Below are positions 6,506 to 16,334 of a stretch of DNA of 61,173 bases, piece by piece (the stretch's first letter is position 1; the number at the start of each line of letters is the position of its first letter). The position numbers and the translations under genes are program-made. The DNA is from a virus (lineage: Duplodnaviria; Caudoviricetes). Under the pieces are notes generated by a model that saw nothing but the letters and a program-made list of their open reading frames with translations, was not told the DNA's origin and did no database searches. The stretch is taken from positions 1 through 61,173 of the IMG/VR virus record IMGVR_UViG_3300030372_004731. The stretch is one strand, 5' to 3'.

Positions 6506-8381
6506 CAGTTTGTCCCCAGTTTTTTCCTACAGCTATATCGACTTTTGAAGGAACTTTCAACTCGGGTATACAAACTTCCATTATTTCTTTAATTTCTTTA
6601 CATGCAGGTCCTAATCTTTCATAAGGAATACTAAAACAAAGTTCATCATGAATTTGTATTAAAGGGTAATAATTCTTTTTTGCACAATTAATCATTGCTT
6701 GTTTCACTTGATCTGCAGCTGATCCTTGAATTAATCTGTTAAGAGCTTTATAGGTCATAGCTCTTTTAATACTATTTTTTCCATATTTATTTACTGCGTC
6801 TTCAAAATTTGTAGCTTTATGTATTCCAAAAGAACTTGGTTCCCAACTATCAAATCTACATTTCCTTCCTTTAAGAGTCCAGATGGCACCGTTTTTATTA
6901 GCAGAGTCAGATGCTTTATTAGCTAATTGTTTAACGAAAGGAACTCTTTTATTATATTCTTGTAAAATTTGTTCAGCCTGCTGCTTATCTATACCAAGTT
7001 CTCTAGATAATTTATTTTTTCCCATGCCATAAAAAATTCCTAAATTAATTGTCTTAGCTTGAGATCGAGGAATTCCTGCCATGTCAGCTACAGTTTGATG
7101 AAAATCTGTATTCTCATTATGGTAAGCTTCTACTAAATCTTCTGATCCTTCAAACCCTATACTAGATGCATAATGAACTACTAGTCTAGGCTCTTGCTGA
7201 GAGTAATCAAATGATGCCCACCTACAATTTTTATCAGGTAAGAATAAAGATCGAATCCTGGGGCCCAGGTCCTTGTTCCGTGCTGGTATTTGCTGTAAAT
7301 TCGGATGAGCATAAGAGAGCCTACCGGAGACGGTTCCCCCTGCATCACCCTTTAACTGATTTATTTCCGCATGTACCCTCCCATTATGTTCAAATTTAAA
7401 AATTGAATCGATGAAAGTAGAGTGAAATTTATTCACTTCTCTAGCTTCACGAATCAAACCAGCTATAGGTTCCTCACAATTAGTAAGCCAATTCTGAGTA
7501 AAAGATGGTTCTTTAGCCTTTTCTGTTAAAGGATAAGATATCTTCAACTTATCAAAAGCTTTAGCGATTGATCGAGCTGCCCATATATCTACTTCCATAC
7601 CCGCAGCTTTTTTAATTTTCAATAGCGCTTTCTTTTCTTTTTCTAAAAATTCTTTTTTAAGATTATTAGCACCTTCTAAATCAACTCGTACTCCCTTAGC
7701 TCTCATTTGAACTAATATAGGAAGTAAATCCATTTCCATTTCCCAAACATCAGTTAAGTCTTGTCTAGTAATTTCAGTTTTAAATCTTTGCCAAAGTTTA
7801 AATGTTAAGACTGCATCTTGTTCTGCGTAAGGACCAACAAATTTAGCTGGAAGTTTATACATTTCTCCTTTAGCATCTATTCCCCAATCTTCAGCTGCCT
7901 CTCTTAATCCTGCTTCAGATTTCAACTCAGACAGGTAATCCACCGATAAAGCGTTTAAGCTGTACGTACGACGGTTTTCATCAATTAGGGCTGCTGCTAC
8001 CATAGTATCAGCGATTTGGCCGTATACGACCACCCCATGGGCTCTTAACCACCCAATATCATAGGCAGCATTATGAAATATCTTTATTGCTTTAGATCGA
8101 CAAATATCTTGAACCCAGTTTAGAACCATTCTAACATCCATATTAGAACCAGCTTCATGAGCAATTGGATAATACCCCTTGAAATTATCAGTTGCTACGG
8201 ATATCCCTATTACATTACCATTCATTGTGGGCCAGCCAGGGCCTTTTATTTTAATATCAGGGTCTTTAGTTTCTAAGTCTATTGCTATTTCACTAGCGTG
8301 TTGTAGATTCGGAAATGTAGTTGGAGTAGTCCAATCAGAATCTTGAAAAGTAAAATTAATTTGATTTGTCATCCAGTTCAA
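6489..8381 (-). CDS. polA: DNA polymerase family A with 3'-5' exonuclease
   Basis: IDLET, FHNAAYD, YAEQD exonuclease motifs; GRLS..PNLQQIP, DYSQQEPR, KTINLGIFYGMG, IQGSAAD, QIHDEL. Confidence 0.97.
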   Translation of the reverse strand: MNWMTNQINFTFQDSDWTTPTTFPNLQHASEIAIDLETKDPDIKIKGPGWPTMNGNVIGISVATDNFKGYYPIAHEAGSNMDVRMVLNWVQDICRSKAIKIFHNAAYDIGWLRAHGVVVYGQIADTMVAAALIDENRRTYSLNALSVDYLSELKSEAGLREAAEDWGIDAKGEMYKLPAKFVGPYAEQDAVLTFKLWQRFKTEITRQDLTDVWEMEMDLLPILVQMRAKGVRVDLEGANNLKKEFLEKEKKALLKIKKAAGMEVDIWAARSIAKAFDKLKISYPLTEKAKEPSFTQNWLTNCEEPIAGLIREAREVNKFHSTFIDSIFKFEHNGRVHAEINQLKGDAGGTVSGRLSYAHPNLQQIPARNKDLGPRIRSLFLPDKNCRWASFDYSQQEPRLVVHYASSIGFEGSEDLVEAYHNENTDFHQTVADMAGIPRSQAKTINLGIFYGMGKNKLSRELGIDKQQAEQILQEYNKRVPFVKQLANKASDSANKNGAIWTLKGRKCRFDSWEPSSFGIHKATNFEDAVNKYGKNSIKRAMTYKALNRLIQGSAADQVKQAMINCAKKNYYPLIQIHDELCFSIPYERLGPACKEIKEIMEVCIPELKVPSKVDIAVGKNWGQTDDFNS

Positions 8382-8625
8382 TACCTAACTTTGCGTAGTG
8401 AATAATTTTATTATATCTTTGTTTAGTAGTTTCCCCTGGTTTTTTACGAGTAGCATATTTAATAATATTAGAATCAATCGCATTAAGTTTATTTTTCATG
8501 CAATAAACAACTGGTTGAATAGCATGTTGAACATAATGTTTTCCACCTTCTTGATAATCAGTGGCTTTTTTCTTAGTAGTATATGTATTTGATTTTAAAC
8601 CTTTATACTCCACACATCCCTTCAC
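8356..8625 (-). CDS. DUF3310-family protein
   Basis: QEGGKHY..IQP...NIIKY..R...KIIHY. Confidence 0.75.
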   Translation of the reverse strand: MKGCVEYKGLKSNTYTTKKKATDYQEGGKHYVQHAIQPVVYCMKNKLNAIDSNIIKYATRKKPGETTKQRYNKIIHYAKLGIELDDKSN

Positions 8626-9481
8626 ATTCGTTATTAAATAAATCTAATTGATCTTCAGCAGATTTCTTTTTATTTTTTAATAATTCATTAAAATCAATTT
8701 CTCTTAAAGGTTTTCCTTTCCTGTGTAGATATCTTTTTATGTCAGGGTTTCTAGCAGAATTACGAATCATATCATCTAGTTTGCAGGCATCCTCAAATTC
8801 TTCAGGTGACTCTGTTTTAATTTCATTCCACAAAGTATTATCATGATATGGACAACCAATACAAGAACTTTTTGCAGGAGTTCTATAATTTTTTCCTTTA
8901 TACCAATCTAAACAATGCTGCCTGGACATCTTTTTTTCTATTAATGGCCAAGTATTTTTTACCCATTTTTCTCTTGAAGGTTTCATTCTCATTGCTTCAT
9001 CAGTAGATATTCCTACCCACACTTCTACCCAAATATCTCGTGGAAATCTTTGTCTATTTTTTAATCCTATAAGATGTCTTATTTTTCTATTGATTGGAGT
9101 TATTTTGTAATTTCTAGTGCATTGGCGAGGGCCAATACCAATTTTATTTGTTTTAGTATTACGTGCAAAAAAAGGTATATGTAAAAAACCTTTTTCTTTT
9201 TGTACTTCATCGATCATATCTTGTTTAATACTTCCAGACTTTAAATGATTCTTAGTAATTATAACAGGATAATCTAATTGTGTTTTCAACCACTCTAAAT
9301 GTTCGTAAACTTTGCGCGGCTCCCAACCGGTGTCCGCAAAAATAGCATAATCTGGCTTATAGCCAAAAGCCCCTTCATTAGCCATGAGTGCCATTGTGGA
9401 AGATTGCACTCCAGCTCCCAATGATAGAATCCTAAGTTTAGGTTCTCCCGAATAATCCCAATTGCCTTTAGCTATAACCAT
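8603..9481 (-). CDS. PAPS-reductase/DndC-like PP-loop protein
   Basis: LSLGAGVQSS, FADTGWE, CT..YKI.P, GISTDE..R, WPLI, KSSCIGCPY, terminal CEGMC. Confidence 0.8.
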   Translation of the reverse strand: MVIAKGNWDYSGEPKLRILSLGAGVQSSTMALMANEGAFGYKPDYAIFADTGWEPRKVYEHLEWLKTQLDYPVIITKNHLKSGSIKQDMIDEVQKEKGFLHIPFFARNTKTNKIGIGPRQCTRNYKITPINRKIRHLIGLKNRQRFPRDIWVEVWVGISTDEAMRMKPSREKWVKNTWPLIEKKMSRQHCLDWYKGKNYRTPAKSSCIGCPYHDNTLWNEIKTESPEEFEDACKLDDMIRNSARNPDIKRYLHRKGKPLREIDFNELLKNKKKSAEDQLDLFNNECEGMCGV

Positions 9482-11066
9482 AATTCTCTCTTATAAACTG
9501 ATTATACAGTCTTGCCAATGGGAAGAAGTATTCATGGTTAGTTCTAAGGATATGTAAGGTTTCCCTAGGTCTTGTAATCCCCACATACCACACTCTAGCT
9601 TCAGAACTTCGTGCAAGTCCCACTTTATGCCCAAAATGTGCAGGCCAATTAGCTTTTTCATAAACACAAACATGATCTGCTTCTCCACCTTTTATTGAAT
9701 GAATAGTATCTATAGTCAATCTGGAAGATAAATTCAAATCAATTTTATTTTCTATAATTTTTTCAAAATAAAATTTATCTTTTTCAGGGAAGTTTCTATT
9801 AAATACTTGCTGCCAAGGGCCAGGAGTTGCGGTGAGTCCACCAAATGTTCTAAGGAAGTCTAAATTAAGATTACCGGAGTCTTGAATATTCATCCATCTT
9901 TTGCTTTCAATGGATCGCCAACCAAATGCGATTTCATTAACATATGAATAGACTATACCAGCTTCTTCCTTATTTACAACACCATTATTCATTAGTTTAT
10001 TCCAACTATTTATGGCGTTCCATTTATTTATATCAAAAGATGTTTTACCTTTTGTATTTTTAAAAAACAAACCGTGGGCTCTGGCTAATTCTTCTAGTTC
10101 TCTTACTATTTCTTGAGTTCTTCCTAACATTAACCAGTCACCATCAGATTGTTCTATTATTTCTGATAAATCTTTAAATTTTGAATAAGTTTGAATGTAA
10201 CCTTTTTTAGCAGAAGGTAGAAATTTTTTAGTAACTCTAGGTTTAATCATATCAGCTATATAAGAACTAAAATCATGTACTATCTGGGGTATACGATGTG
10301 ACTGAGTTAATATATAATCCCGTCCTGGAAAATCGATATAATTAGTTACATCAGCTCCATTCCATTCAAAAATAGCTTGATCATCATCTCCTGCTATATA
10401 TATTTTTTCAGATTTCATAGATAATTTAAAAACCATCTTCCATTGTAAAGGAGTTAAGTCTTGAGCTTCGTCAATAATTAAAATTTTTAAAAAGGGAGCT
10501 TCTTCTTTCTCTATAAAATGAGTAATCATATCAGTAAAATCAACCCTATGATCTTGCTTAAATATTTCATATTGTTCACAAATTAATTTAAATCTAGGAA
10601 GAGTTGCTCGTTTATGCACTTCTTCTACAAATTGCTGCTCAGGAGAAACTAACCTATTTCTAGATTTATCGTACACTCGCAACGACCAATCATTAAAAAC
10701 TTTCATGCCATCATGATTTTCATACGCAGGTCTAGGCATTCCTAAATTCTGTGCAAATTCTATCATATCTATTTCAGGATCAATTACTGGTAATTGTTTT
10801 CTAAATTTTCTACAAAAGCTATGAATAGTTCTAAAGTTAGAAAGATCATCTTCATCACAATCAGGAAATTTTGCATTTGCTCTTTTTCGAGCTTCATCCA
10901 CAGCTTTATTTGTAAAAGATAAGTAAGCTACTTCTCTAGGTAGAACACCTTTACTAAACCATTTGTCTAATCTATTTAAAAGTGTAGTGGTCTTTCCTGT
11001 TCCTGGAGGACCAAAAATCTTAATTGTCTTTCTTTTCAAACGGTGCCTGTCTTCGCTTGAATACAA
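9468..11066 (-). CDS. UvrD/Rep-like superfamily I helicase
   Basis: GPPGTGKTT, SFTNKA, TIHSF, IIDEAQD, GDDDQAI, TIHSIKGGE, YVGITR. Confidence 0.92.
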   Translation of the reverse strand: MYSSEDRHRLKRKTIKIFGPPGTGKTTTLLNRLDKWFSKGVLPREVAYLSFTNKAVDEARKRANAKFPDCDEDDLSNFRTIHSFCRKFRKQLPVIDPEIDMIEFAQNLGMPRPAYENHDGMKVFNDWSLRVYDKSRNRLVSPEQQFVEEVHKRATLPRFKLICEQYEIFKQDHRVDFTDMITHFIEKEEAPFLKILIIDEAQDLTPLQWKMVFKLSMKSEKIYIAGDDDQAIFEWNGADVTNYIDFPGRDYILTQSHRIPQIVHDFSSYIADMIKPRVTKKFLPSAKKGYIQTYSKFKDLSEIIEQSDGDWLMLGRTQEIVRELEELARAHGLFFKNTKGKTSFDINKWNAINSWNKLMNNGVVNKEEAGIVYSYVNEIAFGWRSIESKRWMNIQDSGNLNLDFLRTFGGLTATPGPWQQVFNRNFPEKDKFYFEKIIENKIDLNLSSRLTIDTIHSIKGGEADHVCVYEKANWPAHFGHKVGLARSSEARVWYVGITRPRETLHILRTNHEYFFPLARLYNQFIRENYGYS

Positions 11067-12552
11067 TGTTGCTCCTTTCTATGACTGGCTCGTCCACTTT
11101 TCGACATAACCAAACATATTTTAATTTAAGTTTGTCATAATAATCATGCTTAGTGCATCCATTTTTCTTAAGCATACTAATAATTTCAAATTTTTTAGCA
11201 GCCTTATCAGATTTTTTAATAAATTTTTCAAAAGTTCTATACTTAAATACAATTAATCCTTCATGAAGATACCACATCTCCGCTTCAACTTGAGATGCAT
11301 TATCTGCCTGTTGAGTCTCTTGAGTAAATTGAATCATCGTATCTTTAAACTCTTCCTCAGCTTCATTACTTTCATCGTAGCCTTCAATAGGTTGCTGCAT
11401 GGTTTTAAGTTTATTTAAAAAGACTCGATAGTCTTTATCTTTTACTTTTTGCCAAACAATATCTGCTTGGTCAAATAACTGTTCTGATAATAATTGCTGT
11501 TGGTTTAATTGTTTACCCGTAAGCTCTACAGTTTTTTTATCAATTGTTAAAAAATAAATAGGTGGTTTTGTTTTCAAAACCTGAAATGAATCTATAGTAG
11601 GCATGTAATCTATACTATCGATTCCATACTTTAATGTTTTACAAATAGCAGAATTACAATGATTCTTTAAAGGGGCATCATTACATTTATATTGGTATTC
11701 TTTTTTTTCATATTGAGATATTAATGCTTGTACTTCTCTGTCCGCCAAGGGTTGTGTAAAGCCTTCGTTTCTTTCCCATACTTCTTTTTGCCATCCTTCA
11801 GGATTTCTTTTTTTAGCTAATGTAGCAAATCCTGTAAGGGCATTGTTTCTAAATCCATCTGCACAACCATTTCTAATTAAAGCTTGAAGACAAGGAGGAA
11901 ATTGATCGAACTCTGCTTCTAGAGGAAATCCATCTGATTCTACTTTAATTGATTGAAAGGCAGAGCCTGAAATTCTATATTTTTCTACCCATGCAAAAAA
12001 TTCATTAATGGGTATTCCCATACCATTATCGTGAATAGCATGACGTGTAGTTCTTGCTGCCTGTTGATAAGGAATGTTTAACCAATTTCCTAAATCGTTT
12101 TTATGCACCATTATTTTTCTTTGTTTAGGAAAAATTTCACATCCTGATAATCCTAAGTCTGCAGCTAATTCATGAAGTTTATCAATCATGTCAGACGCAC
12201 TAACAGCATCTCTAGTATGAAGAAATAAATGAAGTCCACCAGATTTTGATCTATATGGAACTAAAGGATATTTTTTATTTCTAAATTGTTTTATTAATTT
12301 TCTAAAATCTAAATCGTATTTATCAACATCAATGCACCCCCAGGTACAAGTATTGTCTGATCTAATAGGAATAATACCTAAGTTAATTTCTCCGTTTAAA
12401 TGTCTTTGAAATAATTCATCAGTGACAGGGCCACGTTTAGTTGTGGCCCTCCCCTTTTCTTTACCGGTCTTGCTATCTCGCTCGCCGTTGAGATAATACT
12501 CTCCGTAAGCAACATCAAGTCCGCAAAACAGCTCCTTGAATTTCTGTAACAT
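11020..12552 (-). CDS. Archaeo-eukaryotic-type primase
   Basis: WGCIDVD, RSKSGGLHLF, EIFPKQ, GNWLNIPY, PPC..., RNNAL, C-terminal Cys cluster. Confidence 0.8.
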   Translation of the reverse strand: MLQKFKELFCGLDVAYGEYYLNGERDSKTGKEKGRATTKRGPVTDELFQRHLNGEINLGIIPIRSDNTCTWGCIDVDKYDLDFRKLIKQFRNKKYPLVPYRSKSGGLHLFLHTRDAVSASDMIDKLHELAADLGLSGCEIFPKQRKIMVHKNDLGNWLNIPYQQAARTTRHAIHDNGMGIPINEFFAWVEKYRISGSAFQSIKVESDGFPLEAEFDQFPPCLQALIRNGCADGFRNNALTGFATLAKKRNPEGWQKEVWERNEGFTQPLADREVQALISQYEKKEYQYKCNDAPLKNHCNSAICKTLKYGIDSIDYMPTIDSFQVLKTKPPIYFLTIDKKTVELTGKQLNQQQLLSEQLFDQADIVWQKVKDKDYRVFLNKLKTMQQPIEGYDESNEAEEEFKDTMIQFTQETQQADNASQVEAEMWYLHEGLIVFKYRTFEKFIKKSDKAAKKFEIISMLKKNGCTKHDYYDKLKLKYVWLCRKVDEPVIERSNIVFKRRQAPFEKKDN

Positions 12553-13397
12553 TACCAGGGTTGTCCAGTTGGTTTTCCCTCTTGTGTTACAGGATTAGGC
12601 CCTGGGTTCGCTTTCCCAGATTCCTGTTCATATTTAACGTTCACATTACCTTTATGACAACTATCATAAAAGCCCATTGCAGCATCCAAAGTCATTTGGT
12701 TCTCAACAGGTCCAATATGAGATATCTTCCAGCCATACCAAGTTCCCTTAGCGTTCTTTTCTAAAACAGTGTTTAGTCTGTAACGTTGAGTAAACATAGC
12801 TGGAGTGTAGAAACCACGACCATCAGATCGTTTTTCCTTTACACTTCTCATCATTGAATTCCACATCTTAGATTTTTTTCTTTGAGTGGCTTTCATACTC
12901 ATGAGAGCAGATTCTTGAGGTAGACCATTTTCAACTCTTATCACAAAATGTGAAGCAGTCTCTTGGATATAATTACCGTTAGGTAATCTATCTAAGTTTT
13001 GATCATCTCTAGTTGTCTGAGTTAAAATATCCGAATCAGCTGGATGAGTTGCAGCAGGTGCATTTGCACCTTCCTGCCTATCCGGCCATTCTAAGTACTC
13101 TAACTTATAGTAACAAGGAACTACCTCAATACCTTTTTGACCATCGAATAAATCTTGTGTCACACTATTAAAGATCATTCCTGGTCTAGCTTCAGGTATA
13201 AAAGCAGGATCACCTTGAGTTACTTGTGGAGATAACTGACCTAGTACCTTTAAAAAAGGTAAGGCTAAATCATTAGCACCCATTTGTTCAAACCCTTGAT
13301 CTGCCAGTTTTTCTGCAACTGTAGCAAGACTAAAGTTTGATCTCTGAGCAACTTCTCCGTTCTTGTTTCCGTTCTTCTTTTTATGTCCGTTTGCCAT
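12552..13397 (-). CDS. Putative single-stranded DNA-binding/annealing protein
   Basis: DLALPFLKVLGQLSPQ family pattern; lies in the replication operon; aromatic C-terminus. Confidence 0.55.
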   Translation of the reverse strand: MANGHKKKNGNKNGEVAQRSNFSLATVAEKLADQGFEQMGANDLALPFLKVLGQLSPQVTQGDPAFIPEARPGMIFNSVTQDLFDGQKGIEVVPCYYKLEYLEWPDRQEGANAPAATHPADSDILTQTTRDDQNLDRLPNGNYIQETASHFVIRVENGLPQESALMSMKATQRKKSKMWNSMMRSVKEKRSDGRGFYTPAMFTQRYRLNTVLEKNAKGTWYGWKISHIGPVENQMTLDAAMGFYDSCHKGNVNVKYEQESGKANPGPNPVTQEGKPTGQPW

Positions 13398-13966
13398 TAT
13401 AGTTTTTCCTTCGTTTTTATTTTAGTTCTATTAGCTACATAAATACTAAACAAATCTTGAGGAACCGCAATTCCTTCTTCAATTTGTAAACGAGCCCACT
13501 GCTTAAGTTGCATCGCGTTCACTTCTTGTTTTTGAACGGGTCTATGTCCTGCCTTCTTTAAAAGCTCCAGAACCGTTTGAGCTTTTACATCATCACCAGC
13601 AGTAAAAGATACTCCCACATTATTACGAATCAAGTCTGCATGATTATTATCACGCAACCATTTGAACGCCTCTTCTTGACGATCTTTGGTTATCCTTGCG
13701 CTATAAAATGGAGCTATTTTAACTGATGTGCCGTCGGCCAAGTCTAAAGACGATACCCCAGCTTCTGTAAGTAGATTAGGAATAGTTTCTTCTGAAAGAA
13801 ACAACGCATCTTTTTTCGCCTTTTTTAGGTTTTCTTCGATAGCCGTTATCTCTTTTTCTTTTTCCTGAAGTTCTACACACTTCGCTGAGATCGTTTTAAC
13901 TTGTTCGTCTGTTGCTTTCATAAATCCAGCAGCAGACACTTTTTGTATGTCTATTGTTTTTACCAT
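13397..13966 (-). CDS. Conserved phage replication-module protein (start moved to MVKTID)
   Basis: GGAGG RBS at 13972-13976; IP.L..E.G...L.DG, AF.WL...H.DLI.N motifs. Confidence 0.7.
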   Translation of the reverse strand: MVKTIDIQKVSAAGFMKATDEQVKTISAKCVELQEKEKEITAIEENLKKAKKDALFLSEETIPNLLTEAGVSSLDLADGTSVKIAPFYSARITKDRQEEAFKWLRDNNHADLIRNNVGVSFTAGDDVKAQTVLELLKKAGHRPVQKQEVNAMQLKQWARLQIEEGIAVPQDLFSIYVANRTKIKTKEKL

Positions 13967-13983
13967 TTCGACCTCCACGAAGC

Positions 13984-14031
13984 AAAATAAACTATTGATT
14001 TTTAAAGTCAAGTATTTTATTACTATGGGAG
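13984..14031. promoter_or_regulatory. Divergent promoter region with ATGGGA box
   Basis: TTGACT on minus strand (14006-14011), TTGATT on plus strand, ATGGGA at 14025. Confidence 0.45.
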
Positions 14032-15456
14032 ATGGTAACAAAATATAATTTTAAAACTAAACCTTTTGCGCATCAGGAAGACGCTCTTACTAAAAGTTGG
14101 GATAAACACAGTTATGCCTTATTTATGGAAATGGGTACTGGTAAAACTAAAGTTTTATTAGATAATATAGGAGTTTTAAGATCACAAAATTTAATTAATG
14201 GTGCGTTAATTATTGCACCTAAATCAGTATATACAGTTTGGTACAATACTGAAATTCCTAAACATTTAAATATAGAATACGATATTTTATTATGGAAAAG
14301 CACCATGGCTCGTCAAAAACTAGTGGATTTTATGGAAAAACCTTCAATAAAATTAAAAATATTTGTTATAAATGTAGAGGCTTTTTCTAGTGATAAAGGC
14401 TCTTTTTGGGCAGAAGAATTTTGTAAAAGGCATGATACTTTAATTGCAGTAGACGAATCAACTTGTGTAAAAAATTATCAAGCTAAAAGAACTAAAAACA
14501 TAATTAAATTAAGAAAATTTTCTACTTACAGGAGAATCTTGTCGGGATTTCCTACTCCTAAAAACCCATTAGATTTATATACACAATGTAATTTTTTAGA
14601 CCCAAAACATTTAGGATTTAATTCTATAGTTGCTTTTAGAAATAGATACTGTCACTTTGAAACTTTATATTTAAGTGGAAGACAAATACAAGTGCCGGTA
14701 GGATTTACAAACTTAGTAGAAATAGAATCTAAATTAAAAAATTTTGCATATAGAAAAACAAAAAAAGAATGTCTAGACTTACCTGATAAAGTTTATACTA
14801 AAAGATTAATAGCATTAAGTGATGAACAACAATTATTATATAATGATATAAGAACTCAGGCACGAGCCACTTTAAGTGGACAAGAATTAACGGTTACAAA
14901 TGTAATTACAGAAATATTAAGACTTCATCAAATTACCTGTGGTTATTTTAAAAGCAGAGAGGGAGACATTCAAAATGTTCCTAACAAAAGAATAGAAGCC
15001 TTACTTGAAGTATGTGAAGACACAGATCAAAAAATAATTATTTGGGCTACTTACGTTCATAACATTCAACAAATTAACAGAGAATTAGTAAAAAAATATG
15101 GAGTAGATTCAGTGGTTACTTTTTATGGAGATACATCTATTGATAAAAGAACAGAAGCAATAGAAAGATTTCAAAATGATCCTAAATGTAGATTTTTTGT
15201 GGGTAATCCTGCTACTGGAGGTATGGGGATAACTTTAACAAAAGCTGGAGTAGTTGTTTACTATTCAAATAGTTATAATGCAGAGCATCGGGTACAGTCG
15301 GAAGATCGTGCACATCGAATTGGTCAAGATCAAAAGGTAACTTACATTGATTTTGTGGCGGAAAAAACAATTGATGAAAAAATATTAAAGGCTCTAGATA
15401 CAAAATTTAAGCTTTCAGCAAAGACTCTTGGCGAGGTTGTGCGTGATTGGTTTTAA
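14032..15456 (+). CDS. SNF2-family helicase
   Basis: MEMGTGKT, VDES, LSGFP..NPLDLY, GMGITLT, QSEDRAHRIGQ. Confidence 0.93.
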   Translation: MVTKYNFKTKPFAHQEDALTKSWDKHSYALFMEMGTGKTKVLLDNIGVLRSQNLINGALIIAPKSVYTVWYNTEIPKHLNIEYDILLWKSTMARQKLVDFMEKPSIKLKIFVINVEAFSSDKGSFWAEEFCKRHDTLIAVDESTCVKNYQAKRTKNIIKLRKFSTYRRILSGFPTPKNPLDLYTQCNFLDPKHLGFNSIVAFRNRYCHFETLYLSGRQIQVPVGFTNLVEIESKLKNFAYRKTKKECLDLPDKVYTKRLIALSDEQQLLYNDIRTQARATLSGQELTVTNVITEILRLHQITCGYFKSREGDIQNVPNKRIEALLEVCEDTDQKIIIWATYVHNIQQINRELVKKYGVDSVVTFYGDTSIDKRTEAIERFQNDPKCRFFVGNPATGGMGITLTKAGVVVYYSNSYNAEHRVQSEDRAHRIGQDQKVTYIDFVAEKTIDEKILKALDTKFKLSAKTLGEVVRDWF

Positions 15457-16105
15457 ACTCTTCTAATCTTCTCCACCATTTATCTTTATACTCATTTAAT
15501 TTATTTCCTGACATTTCAAATTCTTGAAAAACTAATCCTACAGAGGCTACTAAAATAGTACCTTTTTTAATTTCTCCATATTCTTTTTCATGAGCGCATA
15601 TATAAGCAGCAAGTTGAAGATAATAATCTTCCACGTACTCTTCTTTTTTGGGTTTATTTGCTTGTTTAAAATCGAGAATAGTAGGGTTTTGTTTATAGAG
15701 TCCTATACAATCAACAGTGCCTGCATATTCCTTTGGATAAATAATATTTTGCTCTACTCCCCACACTTCATCTAAATAGATTAAACCTTTAGATATGATT
15801 AAATTAGCCATTTTATGGGTCAAAGGAGCGTCGTGGGCAGGCGAATCAAACTTTTGGGAGTGCATATACCTTTCTAGTAATTCATGCATTTCAGAGCCTC
15901 TGGCTGCAGCTTCTTTCATAATTCTTTTAGATTCAGCTTCACCAACTCTAGCTCTCCATGCCTTTATTCCGTCAGATTCTACCTTAGTTTTAGACAAAAT
16001 TGTAGTAACAGATGGTAACTTTTCTTGACCATCTAAATATACTCTTCGGCCCTGGTCCGTTGTCCGAGTGTATTGTTTATATTTATATTTTGGAACAATC
16101 TTCAC
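15407..16105 (-). CDS. PD-(D/E)XK exonuclease (MGME1-like)
   Basis: PSVTTIL, RG..MH, AGTVDC, LDFK, QLAAY. Confidence 0.85.
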   Translation of the reverse strand: MKIVPKYKYKQYTRTTDQGRRVYLDGQEKLPSVTTILSKTKVESDGIKAWRARVGEAESKRIMKEAAARGSEMHELLERYMHSQKFDSPAHDAPLTHKMANLIISKGLIYLDEVWGVEQNIIYPKEYAGTVDCIGLYKQNPTILDFKQANKPKKEEYVEDYYLQLAAYICAHEKEYGEIKKGTILVASVGLVFQEFEMSGNKLNEYKDKWWRRLEEFKTNHAQPRQESLLKA

Positions 16106-16118
16106 ACGAAGATATTTA

Positions 16119-16334
16119 TCACACAGAATGTGTAAGTAAAGAAAATATTATGTAAGCCATTCCAGTAATTAAGGCACCTACAGATACAAGCAAAATGCTT
16201 TCAATTCTATCTATTTGTTTTTTTATTCTAGTAATTCTTTCATGAGTTTGTTTTTGCATAATTCTACATAACTTTTCATGAGAATCTATTCTTTGTAAAG
16301 CATTATCCTTGGCCACCTTGTCTCCTTTGTGCAA
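16119..16334 (-). CDS. Small membrane-anchored coiled-coil protein (XhlA-like); likely GTG start at 16316
   Basis: IDSHEKLC...coiled coil followed by a C-terminal TM helix. Confidence 0.6.
   Translation of the reverse strand: MHKGDKVAKDNALQRIDSHEKLCRIMQKQTHERITRIKKQIDRIESILLVSVGALITGMAYIIFSLLTHSV

Noticed and set aside
15407-15456. 50-bp convergent overlap of the SNF2 helicase and exonuclease genes as a regulatory device
   Set aside because: Such tail-to-tail overlaps are common in compact phage genomes, and no additional signal was seen
15407-16105. Cas4 call for the exonuclease
   Set aside because: No Fe-S cluster cysteines and no CRISPR context; a generic phage PD-(D/E)XK exonuclease
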